Shown here in pieces: positions 24,674 through 34,306 of a stretch of DNA of 53,124 nt. Below the pieces are notes generated by a model. That model was not told the origin of the DNA, did not search any database, and saw nothing but the letters and a program-made list of their open reading frames with translations. This DNA comes from Actinomycetota bacterium (GTDB lineage: Bacteria > Actinomycetota > Acidimicrobiia > Acidimicrobiales > Ilumatobacteraceae), in assembly GCA_015767405.1 (NCBI GenBank), contig JADWMG010000001.1, forward strand, positions 1 to 53,124. Direction: 5' to 3'. Both the position numbers and the translations under genes were made by a program. How positions within the stretch are numbered: the stretch's first letter is position 1; each line of letters starts with the position of its first letter.

Positions 24674-27151
24674 GTGAGGAGCAAGGTGACCGAACGGAGC
24701 GGGCGACGTCGTGCGATTGCCGCTATCACGGGTGTTCTGGGTGCCGGATTGATCCTGAGTACCGGTGCTGTTGATGTTTCTGCGCGTCCAGTAGTGCTCC
24801 AACAAGCTGATGTAGTGATTGACGCGGCGGCCAGCCCGGTGGGCGATGGACTTGGGTCGAATCCGACAGTTTCCGGTGACGGACGCTTCGTTGTCTTCCA
24901 AGGCCTTCCTGGACTAGCGAACGACGAGTTCGCTGCTGCTGATTCTGCTGAGGACTCTCGCAAGACAACGATCTATATAACTGATCGCGAATCGGGAATC
25001 ACTACTGAAGTAGCCATCGTTCCCCCTGGATTGCGCCCCGGAAACTCGGTCAGTCCTGTGATCTCGGGCGATGGATGCACCGTGGTGACGGTCACGGAGA
25101 TGGCGCTCGACGTGTTCCAAGACGATGACACGGGTGACAGGTGGGATGTATACCGGTTGCGGCTTCCCCATTGCGACGCTGTCAATGGCTGGGAGCTTGT
25201 TTCCACTCGAACCGATGGCAGTGCATTGGCACGTGATGACGTTCGTAGCGATGACCCACCTGCGGTCTCACGAAACGGTACCGTCATCGCCTATTCGCAC
25301 CCAGCGACGCAACTTCTCGACAATCAGGAAGTTTCCACGATCACTCTTGTCGACCTTGCATCGCCCGTCGGCAGCCCGGAGCGCTCCGTGGTCGTGGCTG
25401 GCATGCCGATCTCAGCGCCCGACACGCAGTTTGTCCATGAGGGGCTCGACCAGCCCGCTCTGTCCGACTACGGACGTTTCGTGGCATTCCGATCCGATGC
25501 CAGCTCAACTGACGCTGTTGCAGGTTGGGGCACGGGTGTGACGCCCGGAGGGCCGGCGACGAGCCAGGTCTACGTCTGGGATCGAGAACAACCCGACCCG
25601 TTCCTCGCCGTCCGGCTCGTGTCGGCGCGCCCTGATGGGAGCCCAACGACCGCTGGTGCGTCTGAGCCGTCTCTGTCGCGTGACGGCCGAATCATCGCGT
25701 TCACGTCGGCAGACGCGGGTCTCGTTCCGGCAGTCTTTCCGGTCTGCAGCGATGGCTGTCCGACGCAGATCTACAGACTTGACCGCGACATCGACGAAAA
25801 TGGTTGGCTCGATGAGGCGAGCCGGACATCGATGACGCTCGTGAGCGGCGAGACCGGCTCCGAACCGTTGATCGCAGGTAGCGCACCATCATCGCAGCCC
25901 TCACTGAGTGCAGATGGCCAGCTCATAGCTTTCGTTTCGAAGGCACCGAACCTCCAGCTGATCAAGGCTTCGGGTGGTGGTGAGCCGACCGACGGTGATC
26001 TTCTGGTGGCCGACGCGCACCTGGGCACTCTGCGTCGTGTGGCGCTGACCGCAGATGGAGTGCACCCCGCTGTCGCGGCTCACTCGCACCCTCAGATCAG
26101 TGACACAGGCCGAACCACGGTGTTCGACACCTTGGCCGCCGCACAGTTGCTCCCCGGCGAGGTGCAGGCAGGTCGTCAAGTTGTCGCCATGTCGGTCGAG
26201 CCGACCCTCTCGCTGGCGGATGCCGACCTGGGAACAACCCTCGTCGGGCTTGAAAGCGACGAGTGGTATGTGGCGGTTGTCAACAATGGCCCAACCTCGT
26301 TTACGCCATCGCTCGTCACCGTGTCCGACGGCCACTTCGACGTCAACCTGGACGCCAGCACCTGCTCGCTCGGCGCGAGCGTGCCACCGGGCGGCGACTG
26401 TACCGTCAGGCTTTCGTTCACTCCGTCGTCTGCTCGATCGTTTTCCGCGACTCTGACGGTCGGTGAAGAAGGCTTTCAGGCCGTTTCAGTCAGTTCGCGC
26501 CTCACCGGTGCCGGTGGCGAGCCCACATTGCGCACGGATCCGGCGGGAGCGGATCTCGGATTCGTCGACGTCGGTAAGTCCAGCCCCGAATTCCAGTTCG
26601 ATGTTCAGAATATTTCCCTCGTCCCTTCATCGGTCGCTGAGGTACGTGTGACTGGGGCGCATGCGAGTGACTTCGCGGTGACGTCGAACAGTTGCGCGGG
26701 CCACCCGCTAAACCCGCGAGCGACTTGCGGCGTGGGAATCACCTTCACTCCGACTGACGCTGGTCGACGCACAGCACTCATCGAGATCGTGACTCCCTCA
26801 GGGCAGTACACGACGATGGTTGCCGCTGGAGACGCGCAGTACGCGCCTGAACTCGTGCTCATCGTTGACGAGATCGAAGCCGGACGCGAGTTCTTGGCCG
26901 GTGGATCCGGCTATCCCCCGAACACCGCGATCAGCGTTGTATTCGGAGATGGCGCCGGCGAGACCGTGACAACGACGACCAACGCCGACGGCTCGTTCTT
27001 CATGATCGTGCCGGTCGCGTTGAACGAACGTGGAGGAGACCGAACCATCGTGGTTCAGACTTCCGATGGCACTGTTGCCAGTACGCCCGTTGACGTGATC
27101 GAAGAAACGAACAACATGATTGGCCTGCCGGGCTTCGGCCTTGGCGGCTGA
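24674..27151 (+). CDS. secreted multidomain protein: PD40/TolB-like beta-propeller repeats plus Ig-like (choice-of-anchor-D/HYDIN-like) domains
   Basis: An N-terminal signal is present (RRRAIAAITGVLGAGLILSTGAVDVSA). About seven S.DG..V.F-type repeats occur (VSGDGRFVVFQ, LSRDGRIIAFTS, LSADGQLIAFVS and others). The C-terminal domains contain LGFVDVGKSSPEFQFDVQNISL...CGVGITFTPTDAGRRTALIEI. Confidence 0.7.
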   Translation: MRSKVTERSGRRRAIAAITGVLGAGLILSTGAVDVSARPVVLQQADVVIDAAASPVGDGLGSNPTVSGDGRFVVFQGLPGLANDEFAAADSAEDSRKTTIYITDRESGITTEVAIVPPGLRPGNSVSPVISGDGCTVVTVTEMALDVFQDDDTGDRWDVYRLRLPHCDAVNGWELVSTRTDGSALARDDVRSDDPPAVSRNGTVIAYSHPATQLLDNQEVSTITLVDLASPVGSPERSVVVAGMPISAPDTQFVHEGLDQPALSDYGRFVAFRSDASSTDAVAGWGTGVTPGGPATSQVYVWDREQPDPFLAVRLVSARPDGSPTTAGASEPSLSRDGRIIAFTSADAGLVPAVFPVCSDGCPTQIYRLDRDIDENGWLDEASRTSMTLVSGETGSEPLIAGSAPSSQPSLSADGQLIAFVSKAPNLQLIKASGGGEPTDGDLLVADAHLGTLRRVALTADGVHPAVAAHSHPQISDTGRTTVFDTLAAAQLLPGEVQAGRQVVAMSVEPTLSLADADLGTTLVGLESDEWYVAVVNNGPTSFTPSLVTVSDGHFDVNLDASTCSLGASVPPGGDCTVRLSFTPSSARSFSATLTVGEEGFQAVSVSSRLTGAGGEPTLRTDPAGADLGFVDVGKSSPEFQFDVQNISLVPSSVAEVRVTGAHASDFAVTSNSCAGHPLNPRATCGVGITFTPTDAGRRTALIEIVTPSGQYTTMVAAGDAQYAPELVLIVDEIEAGREFLAGGSGYPPNTAISVVFGDGAGETVTTTTNADGSFFMIVPVALNERGGDRTIVVQTSDGTVASTPVDVIEETNNMIGLPGFGLGG

Positions 27152-27166
27152 TTCAATCCCTGTCAT

Positions 27167-27288
27167 CGGTGAGCTTGAGCGCGACCTGTGCGCGGCGAAG
27201 CTCACCGCAAGTCGCCTGTGTGTCTTCCGGTGAGCTTGAGCGCGACCTGTGCGCGGCGAAGCTCACCGCAAGTCGCCTGTGTCGTGCT
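27167..27288. repeat. tandem duplication (period 61 nt, 55 nt identical) of a hairpin-containing unit
   Basis: CGGTGAGCTTGAGCGCGACCTGTGCGCGGCGAAGCTCACCGCAAGTCGCCTGTGT occurs at 27167-27221 and again at 27228-27282. Each copy folds as GGTGAGCTT...AAGCTCACC. Confidence 0.9.
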
Positions 27289-28541
27289 CAGGGGGTGTCG
27301 AGTTCGATGGCGATGCCACCGATGTTGATCGCGTTGGTGCAGGTCGATCTCGTCGCGTCGCCGATTTCGTCGCAGCGAACGGAGAACGTCACGTTGTCGC
27401 CAGGTTGCAGGCGAATCGGAGTGATACGCGGTTCGAAGAGTTGCCCACGGACGTTGTCGAGCGACCAGATGAATAGCTGTTCGCCGTTCACGAGCAGTGT
27501 CGCGACACCCTTGTCGTTGAAGGGGTTCTCGATTCGGACGTCGGTCATGTCGAACACCTCTCCGTCGGGTGTGGTCGATGACTGGTCAGCCGTTTGAGTG
27601 AGTGACGGGGCGACCGAGAGCCGGAGGAACGTGGGCTCGCCCTCTTCGGCATCGTCTGATTCAGAGACCGGCGCCGAGGTCGTCGTGGGCGTGTCTACGG
27701 TCGATCCTTCTGAGTCGATGGCCAGTTCGGCCATTCTCTCGTCTACTTGGTCACTCGCCGCATCTTCGATCGTCGGTTCGATCAGGGCGAACCAGGCGAC
27801 GGCGAGCCCACCGAGGATGGCCAGGACGATGAGGACGCGGGCGATTGCCGCTGCCGGAATTGTCGGAGACTGCACGAACGCGAGCGAAGTTGAAGCTGGT
27901 GCATGGCCCTGACGCTCTGCCTCGATCTCGAAGTCAAGTGTGCGGGTCGCTCGACGGAACGCCCCGCGACGGGCTTTCGACTTGAGTCTCACAAGGCTTG
28001 CCGAACCCGGCACTACGCCTACTGCCGGAGGGTCGAACGTGCCATCGATACGGTTTGAAGCGTCGATCAGGCGGAGTCTGCAACTGGCGAGACTGTTTCC
28101 GTGGTTCTCGACCATGAACTCGTATGAGGCGCGGTGACGTGCACGCTGCACTGGCTGCAAGGCGACAAGCCGGCAATCATCGAACGATTGAACGTCGAGC
28201 GTTGCTTCGGCAACAACTGCATCGTCGGAGTCACCGAGGGGGATGACTCTGATTGATGCAGCAGTCGGTCCTGCTGTCGTTGTGGGCAGAGCAGGTGGCG
28301 CAACTTCGATCTCGATGACCTGTTGGGATCCGCCGAAGAGTGTGAGGTTTCCTTGTTTGACCGTGGTCCAGCTCGCGGTTAGGCCCGCTGGCACGATCGT
28401 GTAGGAGTCGGTTGATTCGCCGAGGTTGTGGATTGTCAACATCAAAGTGAGCCTGGATCCGGGCGCCACAGCAACGTCATCATTGGAGAACCAAGCCTGT
28501 ACAGACACGCAGAGCACGCTACTGGCTGAGTAGGAAGGCAT
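27288..28541 (-). CDS. single-pass membrane protein with Ig-like N-terminal repeats, unknown function
   Basis: 417 aa. One central transmembrane helix is present (ARVLIVLAILGGLAVAWFALI), followed by an acidic Thr/Ser linker and a beta-rich C-terminal domain. No family was recognised. Confidence 0.6.
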   Translation of the reverse strand: MPSYSASSVLCVSVQAWFSNDDVAVAPGSRLTLMLTIHNLGESTDSYTIVPAGLTASWTTVKQGNLTLFGGSQQVIEIEVAPPALPTTTAGPTAASIRVIPLGDSDDAVVAEATLDVQSFDDCRLVALQPVQRARHRASYEFMVENHGNSLASCRLRLIDASNRIDGTFDPPAVGVVPGSASLVRLKSKARRGAFRRATRTLDFEIEAERQGHAPASTSLAFVQSPTIPAAAIARVLIVLAILGGLAVAWFALIEPTIEDAASDQVDERMAELAIDSEGSTVDTPTTTSAPVSESDDAEEGEPTFLRLSVAPSLTQTADQSSTTPDGEVFDMTDVRIENPFNDKGVATLLVNGEQLFIWSLDNVRGQLFEPRITPIRLQPGDNVTFSVRCDEIGDATRSTCTNAINIGGIAIELDTP

Positions 28542-28602
28542 TCAGGCACCCACCTGACAACGAGTCGCTGTTGGACTCGGACGCACCGTTAGGCTCCACT
28601 CC

Positions 28603-29616
28603 GTGTCAGGCGCCGAGACTCCGACCCCCGTGCCTTCGTTCCGGCCTCGGCGTCTTCGCCGGACCGGTGCGATGCGTGACCTCGTTTCCGAAACTCACGT
28701 CCGCGTCGACGATCTGATCGCACCGCTCTTCGTTCGTGAGGGCATCGCCAGTCCGCAGCCGATACTTTCGCTTCCGGGGGTCATGCAGCACACGAGAGAA
28801 TCTCTCAGGGCTGAGGTAACCGCTCTGGCAGGATTAGGGGTGAGGTCGGTGATCCTGTTCGGTGTTCCGGCCGTCAAGGATGCTGTTGGCAGCGGTGCCT
28901 ATGACCCGGAGGGGATCGTACAACTCGCTCTCGCCGACCTACGGGAGGATCTCGGCGATGACGTTGTCGTGATGGCTGATCTGTGTGTCGACGAATACAC
29001 CGATCACGGTCACTGCGGAATCGTCGACGATCACGGATCGGTCGACAACGACGCGACCCTCGAGTTGTACACGAAAGCAGCTCTCGCGCAGGCGGCGGCC
29101 GGGGCCCAGGTAGTCGCGCCTAGTGGGATGATGGATGGCCAGGTAGCAGCAATTCGTAAAGCTCTCGATGAAACCGGGTTCCAGGATGTGGCCATCCTGG
29201 CGTACGCGGCCAAGTTTGCGAGTGCGCTCTACGGTCCCTTCCGCGACGCCGTTGATGTATCGATCGTTGGAGGGGGCGACCGTAAGGGGTATCAGCAGGA
29301 TTGGCGGAACGTTCGCGAGGCACAGGTCGAGATCGACCTCGACATTGCAGAGGGCGCCGACATGGTGATGATCAAGCCGGCGCTCGCGTATCTCGACGTG
29401 ATCGCCGAGGCAGCTTCTCGAATCGACATTCCTCTGGCGGCATATCACGTCAGTGGTGAGTACGCGATGATTCACGCTGCAGCGGAGCGCGGATGGATCG
29501 ACGGTGATGCGGTCGCACTCGAACATCTGACCGCGATCAAACGTGCCGGCGCAGGCATTATTCTCACCTACTTCACGAGATGGTTCGCCGAGTCAGCAGC
29601 CGCCGGAACCATCTGA
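28603..29616 (+). CDS. hemB: porphobilinogen synthase (delta-aminolevulinic acid dehydratase)
   Basis: Motifs RPRRLRRTGAMRDLV, APSGMMDGQV, YAAKFASALYGPFRDA, MIKPALAYLDV and AYHVSGEYAM are present. Confidence 0.9.
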   Translation: MSGAETPTPVPSFRPRRLRRTGAMRDLVSETHVRVDDLIAPLFVREGIASPQPILSLPGVMQHTRESLRAEVTALAGLGVRSVILFGVPAVKDAVGSGAYDPEGIVQLALADLREDLGDDVVVMADLCVDEYTDHGHCGIVDDHGSVDNDATLELYTKAALAQAAAGAQVVAPSGMMDGQVAAIRKALDETGFQDVAILAYAAKFASALYGPFRDAVDVSIVGGGDRKGYQQDWRNVREAQVEIDLDIAEGADMVMIKPALAYLDVIAEAASRIDIPLAAYHVSGEYAMIHAAAERGWIDGDAVALEHLTAIKRAGAGIILTYFTRWFAESAAAGTI

Positions 29617-29753
29617 ACTCGAATTTCGAACGAACCATGACCTCAACTCCAGTGGCCACCGACCGTGGTATCCCGTATTGCGACGCCGCTTCCTGTGCGC
29701 GGGCCGGCTGCACGCCGACTCTTTGTACCGGAGCTGGCGTTCAATCGAACTCG

Positions 29754-31007
29754 ATGCTCTTCGAACGGTCGAAGCGTGCGATACCCGGAGGGGTCAACTC
29801 TTCAATCCGGGCCTTCAAGGCGGTAGGCGGCGATCCCTACGTTGTGGCGCGGGCAGACGGCGCCACCATCACTGACGTCGAGGGCACTACGTACTTCGAT
29901 CTGGTGCAGAGCTACGGGGCTGTGATCCTCGGACACAGTCATCCGGCCATCACCGCGGCCGTGCAGGGGGCGGCCGTTGACGGGACGTCCTTCGGTGCGC
30001 CGACACCTCGTGAGATGAAGCTCGCCGAAACGATCGGCGAACGGGTGCACAGCTGTGAGCGTGTGCGCCTCATGAACTCAGGGACCGAAGCAACGAGTAC
30101 CGCAATTCGGCTTGCTCGCGGCGTCACTGGACGCGATCGGATCGTCACGTTTGCGGGAAACTTCCACGGGGCTACCGACGCTCTGCTGGTTGCCGGAGGA
30201 AGTGGGGTCGCCACACTCGGCTTGGCAGGCACTGCTGGAGTTCCCAGCGGAGCCGTTGCCGAAACGATGGTTGTTCCCTACAACCTGGTGCCCGAACTCG
30301 ACGAGAAGGTCGCCGCCGTCATTGTCGAGCCGATCGCCGCGAACATGGGCGTTGTAGCACCAGTTGACGGGTTCCTCGCTGGGCTGCGTGCCGAGTGCGA
30401 CCGGGTTGGGGCCCTTCTCATTTTCGACGAGGTGATCACTGGATTTCGAGTGGGCGTCGGCGGCGCGCAGGCCAAGTACGACGTCGTGCCCGACATCACT
30501 TGTTTCGGCAAGGTCATCGGCGGCGGCCTCCCGATAGGAGCGGTCGGCGGGCGCGCCGACATCATGGATCAGCTTTCGCCTCTCGGCCCGATCTTTCATG
30601 CCGGCACGCTGTCAGGCAACCCCCTGGCCACCGCGGCCGGCCTGGCGGCGCTCGATCAACTGACCCCAGACGTCTACATCGAGTTGATGGCGCGTGCCCG
30701 CCACTTGTCGGCACTGCTACGTGACGCGTGTACCTCGGCGGGTTTTGCCGCCACATTCCCTGTAGTCGGCACTCTGCTCGGAATTGTCTGTGGTGAGGAG
30801 GCTGGATCTGTGCACAACTTTGACGATGCCAAGCGCACCGACGAAGGCGCGTATGCGGCATTCTTCCAGGCGATGTTGCACGAAGGGGTGGCGATGGCTC
30901 CCGGTGCATACGAGGCGATCTTCGTCGGCCTCGCGCATACTGACGATGTGCTCAACTCGATCGCCGAAGCCGCACATCGGGCGGCCCCAAAGAGCGCGTT
31001 CTCGTGA
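29754..31007 (+). CDS. hemL: glutamate-1-semialdehyde 2,1-aminomutase
   Basis: Motifs LFERSKRAIPGGVNSSIRAF, NSGTEATSTAIRLARG, FDEVITGFR and FGKVIGGGLPIGA are present. The start is ambiguous, with in-frame ATG 29754, GTG 29652 or ATG 29637. Confidence 0.85.
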   Translation: MLFERSKRAIPGGVNSSIRAFKAVGGDPYVVARADGATITDVEGTTYFDLVQSYGAVILGHSHPAITAAVQGAAVDGTSFGAPTPREMKLAETIGERVHSCERVRLMNSGTEATSTAIRLARGVTGRDRIVTFAGNFHGATDALLVAGGSGVATLGLAGTAGVPSGAVAETMVVPYNLVPELDEKVAAVIVEPIAANMGVVAPVDGFLAGLRAECDRVGALLIFDEVITGFRVGVGGAQAKYDVVPDITCFGKVIGGGLPIGAVGGRADIMDQLSPLGPIFHAGTLSGNPLATAAGLAALDQLTPDVYIELMARARHLSALLRDACTSAGFAATFPVVGTLLGIVCGEEAGSVHNFDDAKRTDEGAYAAFFQAMLHEGVAMAPGAYEAIFVGLAHTDDVLNSIAEAAHRAAPKSAFS

Positions 31008-31038
31008 ACTATTACCGACGTCTCGTCGGCAATAGTTC
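31006..31038 (+). terminator. 15-bp hairpin (one mismatch) starting within the hemL stop codon
   Basis: GAACTATTACCGACG-TCT-CGTCGGCAATAGTTC. No T-tract follows. Confidence 0.4.
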
Positions 31039-31104
31039 ACCAGAACGGAATGGGAGGGGTTGCTTGACGACCTCTTGGTGCTGCCTGTCGCTACCTTGTG
31101 AGCC

Positions 31105-31704
31105 GTGAGGCAGATCTTCAACTGGCGATTCCTGGCGGCACTCGTTGGCCTCGTCGTGCTCGCCTTGGTGGCAAGGGAGATCCTTGCCGATGACGACTCG
31201 TTGGAATCGATTGTTGCTCCCGATGTGATCGAGCGGCAGATGGACCTCATCGAGCCGATTCTCTCGGCCGAACAATCGGCCAACTTCGAGGTCAACCGCG
31301 ATGGAGTTACAAGTGGCTTTCTCGATCTGGTCGTCGATGCCGACCGGGTCGTGCGGATCGTTCCCGGAACCTTGGGCGAAGTGGCGTGCGACGAACTGGA
31401 CGGAATGAACGAGTGCGCTGTGTTCGCAGACATGCTCGGTGATGCCGTGGTGTGGTTCGCCATTCTTCCGCAGGCGCCACGTTCCACGGTGGAGTTGCCG
31501 GCGATCGTCGATCTCGAAGACAACTACGCAATATTCGAGAACGGCTGGAAGATCTCGTACCCCCCTGTCATCGAGCGCGAATGTGGCGGTGAAGACATAC
31601 CTACCTTCAGCGACTTCCTTCGCCGGTTTGGTCCTGGCAGCGTGTCGATTGTCGACCTCGCCACCCGCCAAGTCGTGGCGGTTCGTTGCGGCGACCAAGT
31701 CTGA
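31105..31704 (+). CDS. membrane-anchored or secreted hypothetical protein
   Basis: 199 aa with an N-terminal hydrophobic anchor (WRFLAALVGLVVLALVA) and four Cys residues. No family was recognised. Confidence 0.5.
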   Translation: MRQIFNWRFLAALVGLVVLALVAREILADDDSLESIVAPDVIERQMDLIEPILSAEQSANFEVNRDGVTSGFLDLVVDADRVVRIVPGTLGEVACDELDGMNECAVFADMLGDAVVWFAILPQAPRSTVELPAIVDLEDNYAIFENGWKISYPPVIERECGGEDIPTFSDFLRRFGPGSVSIVDLATRQVVAVRCGDQV

Positions 31705-31722
31705 GTCGGGGCCTCGCCGAAG

Positions 31723-32679
31723 TCAGGCGATGAGTGAATGGGCGGCGGCCATCCCTGAGTTGTGGGCACCCTCGATCCGCGGACCGGAGAATGCATCGCC
31801 GGCCAACACGATCCTGTTGTCGGAAGTAGCCCAGTACGGATCGGGCCATATGGTGCGCGGTGTCGCAAATCGCCACTTCTTGAGCTGGCGTTCTAAGACT
31901 CTGGCATCACCAATCCACGGAACTGCAGCTTTCTCCAACCTGTCCAGAAGCTCAGCGGGATCTTCCTCCCAGTTTGTCCTGCTCCATTCGTTCGAAGCGT
32001 GGAACGTCATCGCTGTTGTGGTGCTGACACCCTTGACTGCGTTGTCGCAGATGAAGCTGAATGTCGCGTCGGGGTTCTGTACCGCGCCCGGGTCCGGGAG
32101 CACGCCCGGACGGTCGAGAACGGTTAGCAAGGTGATTGTGCGGTCGTAGTCAGTTCGAAATAGTGATTCGTCGAGTTCGACGGCCGCGTCCGCAAGTAGA
32201 GCGAAAGCTTGCGGGAGCGGAACTGTGATGACAATTGCATCGGCAGCTCGTGTCGAACCGTCGTCGATCACGACTTGCCATGGACTGCCGGGAGAGACCC
32301 GTTGGTGATCCTGGCGCCGAACGGCAAATGCCATCGTCGAGCACTCGACGTCGAGCCCGGTCGCGAGGTCTTTGGCCAGCGAGTTCATTCCCTCTGTTGC
32401 GATGAAACGCGGGTAGCCGTCGTCGAATCCGAAACCTTGGCTCCAGGTACGGACGAGCCCACGCTCGATCCAATCGTCGACCCTTCGACGGAACGCCGGT
32501 GTGCGCACCGTGAAGAACTGAGCGCCATGGTCGACGGTTGCTTTTCCGATTCGGCGCGTCGCCATTCGTCCACCGACAGATCGACTCCGCTCGATGATTA
32601 CGACGTCCGCACCCGCGGCGACCAAGTCGCGTGCAGCAACCAACCCAGCTAGCCCGGCGCCGATGACGACGACGCGCAT
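31723..32679 (-). CDS. NAD(P)/FAD-dependent oxidoreductase (renalase/amine-oxidase-like)
   Basis: N-terminal motif MRVVVIGAGLAGLVAARDLVAAGADVVIIERSRSVGGR. A VDHGAQFFT motif is present. Confidence 0.75.
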   Translation of the reverse strand: MRVVVIGAGLAGLVAARDLVAAGADVVIIERSRSVGGRMATRRIGKATVDHGAQFFTVRTPAFRRRVDDWIERGLVRTWSQGFGFDDGYPRFIATEGMNSLAKDLATGLDVECSTMAFAVRRQDHQRVSPGSPWQVVIDDGSTRAADAIVITVPLPQAFALLADAAVELDESLFRTDYDRTITLLTVLDRPGVLPDPGAVQNPDATFSFICDNAVKGVSTTTAMTFHASNEWSRTNWEEDPAELLDRLEKAAVPWIGDARVLERQLKKWRFATPRTIWPDPYWATSDNRIVLAGDAFSGPRIEGAHNSGMAAAHSLIA

Positions 32680-33551
32680 CAGCCGGTGGCCAACGCCTCT
32701 TCGAGTTGCTCTTCGGTGCTGACGCGGAGTTGGTAAGCGGTCTCGGCCCGGCCGAGAAACTCCATCAGTATTCGGTTGAATGTCGAGGCATGCTCGATCA
32801 TGAGTCCGTGAGCTGCGCCGCTGATTACCACGAGTTCGGCGGTTGGGATTTTCGCTGCGAGTTCCTCGCTGTCGCCACGCGGCGTCAGAATGTCTTGATT
32901 GCCGACGATTATGAGTGCGGGCGCCACTATCTCGGAAAGGAGGTCGCTCAGATCATCTGAGAGTTCGCTGGCTCCGAGGATGGCATCGACCTGGGAGGCA
33001 AACGCATACGCCGGCCGACCGAGGGCGAGCGGTCCGAGCCAGCCGATGGCTGGAATGAGGCGCCTGAATGAACGAGGGCCAATCATCCATCGAGCGGCAT
33101 CGGCCCCCATCGCCCCGATGCCCTTCTCGAGCGCCTCATCGCGCCATTTGGTGAGCAGTTCTTCGCGCCACGGGTGGTTGCGGCCGGCCGTGCAGGCGAG
33201 CGTCAGGGAACGGACGCGCTCAGGAAACTTCACGGCGACGACCTGACTGATCGCTCCGCCCATCGACGCACCTACAACGTGGGCGGTTTCGAACCCCGCA
33301 TGGTCGAGCACCGATATCGCGTCATCGGCCATCTGCTCGAGGGAATACGCCCCATGTGGCTTGTCGCTGCGACCCGCCCCACGGTTGTCGAGGGCGACGG
33401 CTTGGTACCAAGGCGCCGTTGCCAGGCGTTGAAGGTTCCAGCCGTTCTTGTCGGTACCGAGACCCTGGATGAACAGGATCGGCGGTGCGCCGGGACGTCC
33501 AGTGACCCGATAGTGGATGCGGGCGCCGTCTGTGCCGCGTACAAATGTCAT
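32679..33551 (-). CDS. alpha/beta hydrolase
   Basis: HG oxyanion region PPILFIQGLGT, nucleophile elbow VGASMGG and C-terminal GAAHGLMIEH are present. Confidence 0.8.
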   Translation of the reverse strand: MTFVRGTDGARIHYRVTGRPGAPPILFIQGLGTDKNGWNLQRLATAPWYQAVALDNRGAGRSDKPHGAYSLEQMADDAISVLDHAGFETAHVVGASMGGAISQVVAVKFPERVRSLTLACTAGRNHPWREELLTKWRDEALEKGIGAMGADAARWMIGPRSFRRLIPAIGWLGPLALGRPAYAFASQVDAILGASELSDDLSDLLSEIVAPALIIVGNQDILTPRGDSEELAAKIPTAELVVISGAAHGLMIEHASTFNRILMEFLGRAETAYQLRVSTEEQLEEALATG

Positions 33552-34306
33552 GAGCCGCCCATCGCTGTGATCGGGAGCCAGTCGAGTGGAGTGCCGGTAC
33601 GCATTTCGCCCATCTCTTCGAGCATCAGTTCAATATCGTCCCGTACGCGATCGGCCAGTTCGAGTTCGGCGAGCGGTCCGCGACGTTTACGCCCCGGCCG
33701 TGTTGCCGACCCGACCTCGATACGCGCATTGCGGCTCATCGGATTGCTCGCTGTGGCGGCAGGGAACACTGGGACGGAGGACAGCATCGCGGCGCCGACG
33801 AGGGCATGGTCGACAATGCCGACTTCTCGCAGCCGCGGGTCGTGGTCGGCGCCCATCACGACGAGTTCGCCGGCGCTGAGCGCACCGGCCACTTCATCGG
33901 GATGATCGAGAAGGCCACCGAGGCGGCGGCTGAATGAACCAATCGGGGCGGTGTCGGGTCTGCCGACGAACCGCACTGGCCGATCGAGGGCTTCGCTGAT
34001 CGCAAGTGCGCTGAAGATCGGAGCGAGAGCGAAGCGGCGCGCATTGACCACTACCAAGGCCCCCTTGCGGCGCTTCAGGTGCTGGTCGCCGCCAACTGTC
34101 ACACTCCATCGGAAATGCGAGAGCGTTGTGATCATCCGAACAAGTTGAGGGTCACGGCCCCAGTCGTCGACAGTTGCGGTTTGTTCAGCGGTGAATCTGG
34201 TTGTAGCAGCGCTGATTCCAGATGTCGCTCGCGATACGACGCTTGTGGCGAGTTCTGTCCCGCGGCGTGCGGGGAAGTTGATGACACGTCCAAGTGAGGA
34301 ACTCAT
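33548..34306 (-). CDS. lysophospholipid-acyltransferase-like protein with degenerate catalytic motifs (assignment tentative)
   Basis: 252 aa. The block order resembles PlsC (VVVNARRFALAPIF, VRFVGRPD, VPVFPAA), but the NHxxxxD motif reads NARRFAL. It overlaps both neighbouring genes. Confidence 0.5.
   Translation of the reverse strand: MSSSLGRVINFPARRGTELATSVVSRATSGISAATTRFTAEQTATVDDWGRDPQLVRMITTLSHFRWSVTVGGDQHLKRRKGALVVVNARRFALAPIFSALAISEALDRPVRFVGRPDTAPIGSFSRRLGGLLDHPDEVAGALSAGELVVMGADHDPRLREVGIVDHALVGAAMLSSVPVFPAATASNPMSRNARIEVGSATRPGRKRRGPLAELELADRVRDDIELMLEEMGEMRTGTPLDWLPITAMGGS

Noticed and set aside
27167-27288. Mini CRISPR array.
   Set aside because: Only two abutting copies with no spacer are present. 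There are no cas genes, and the unit is itself a terminator-like hairpin between convergent genes.
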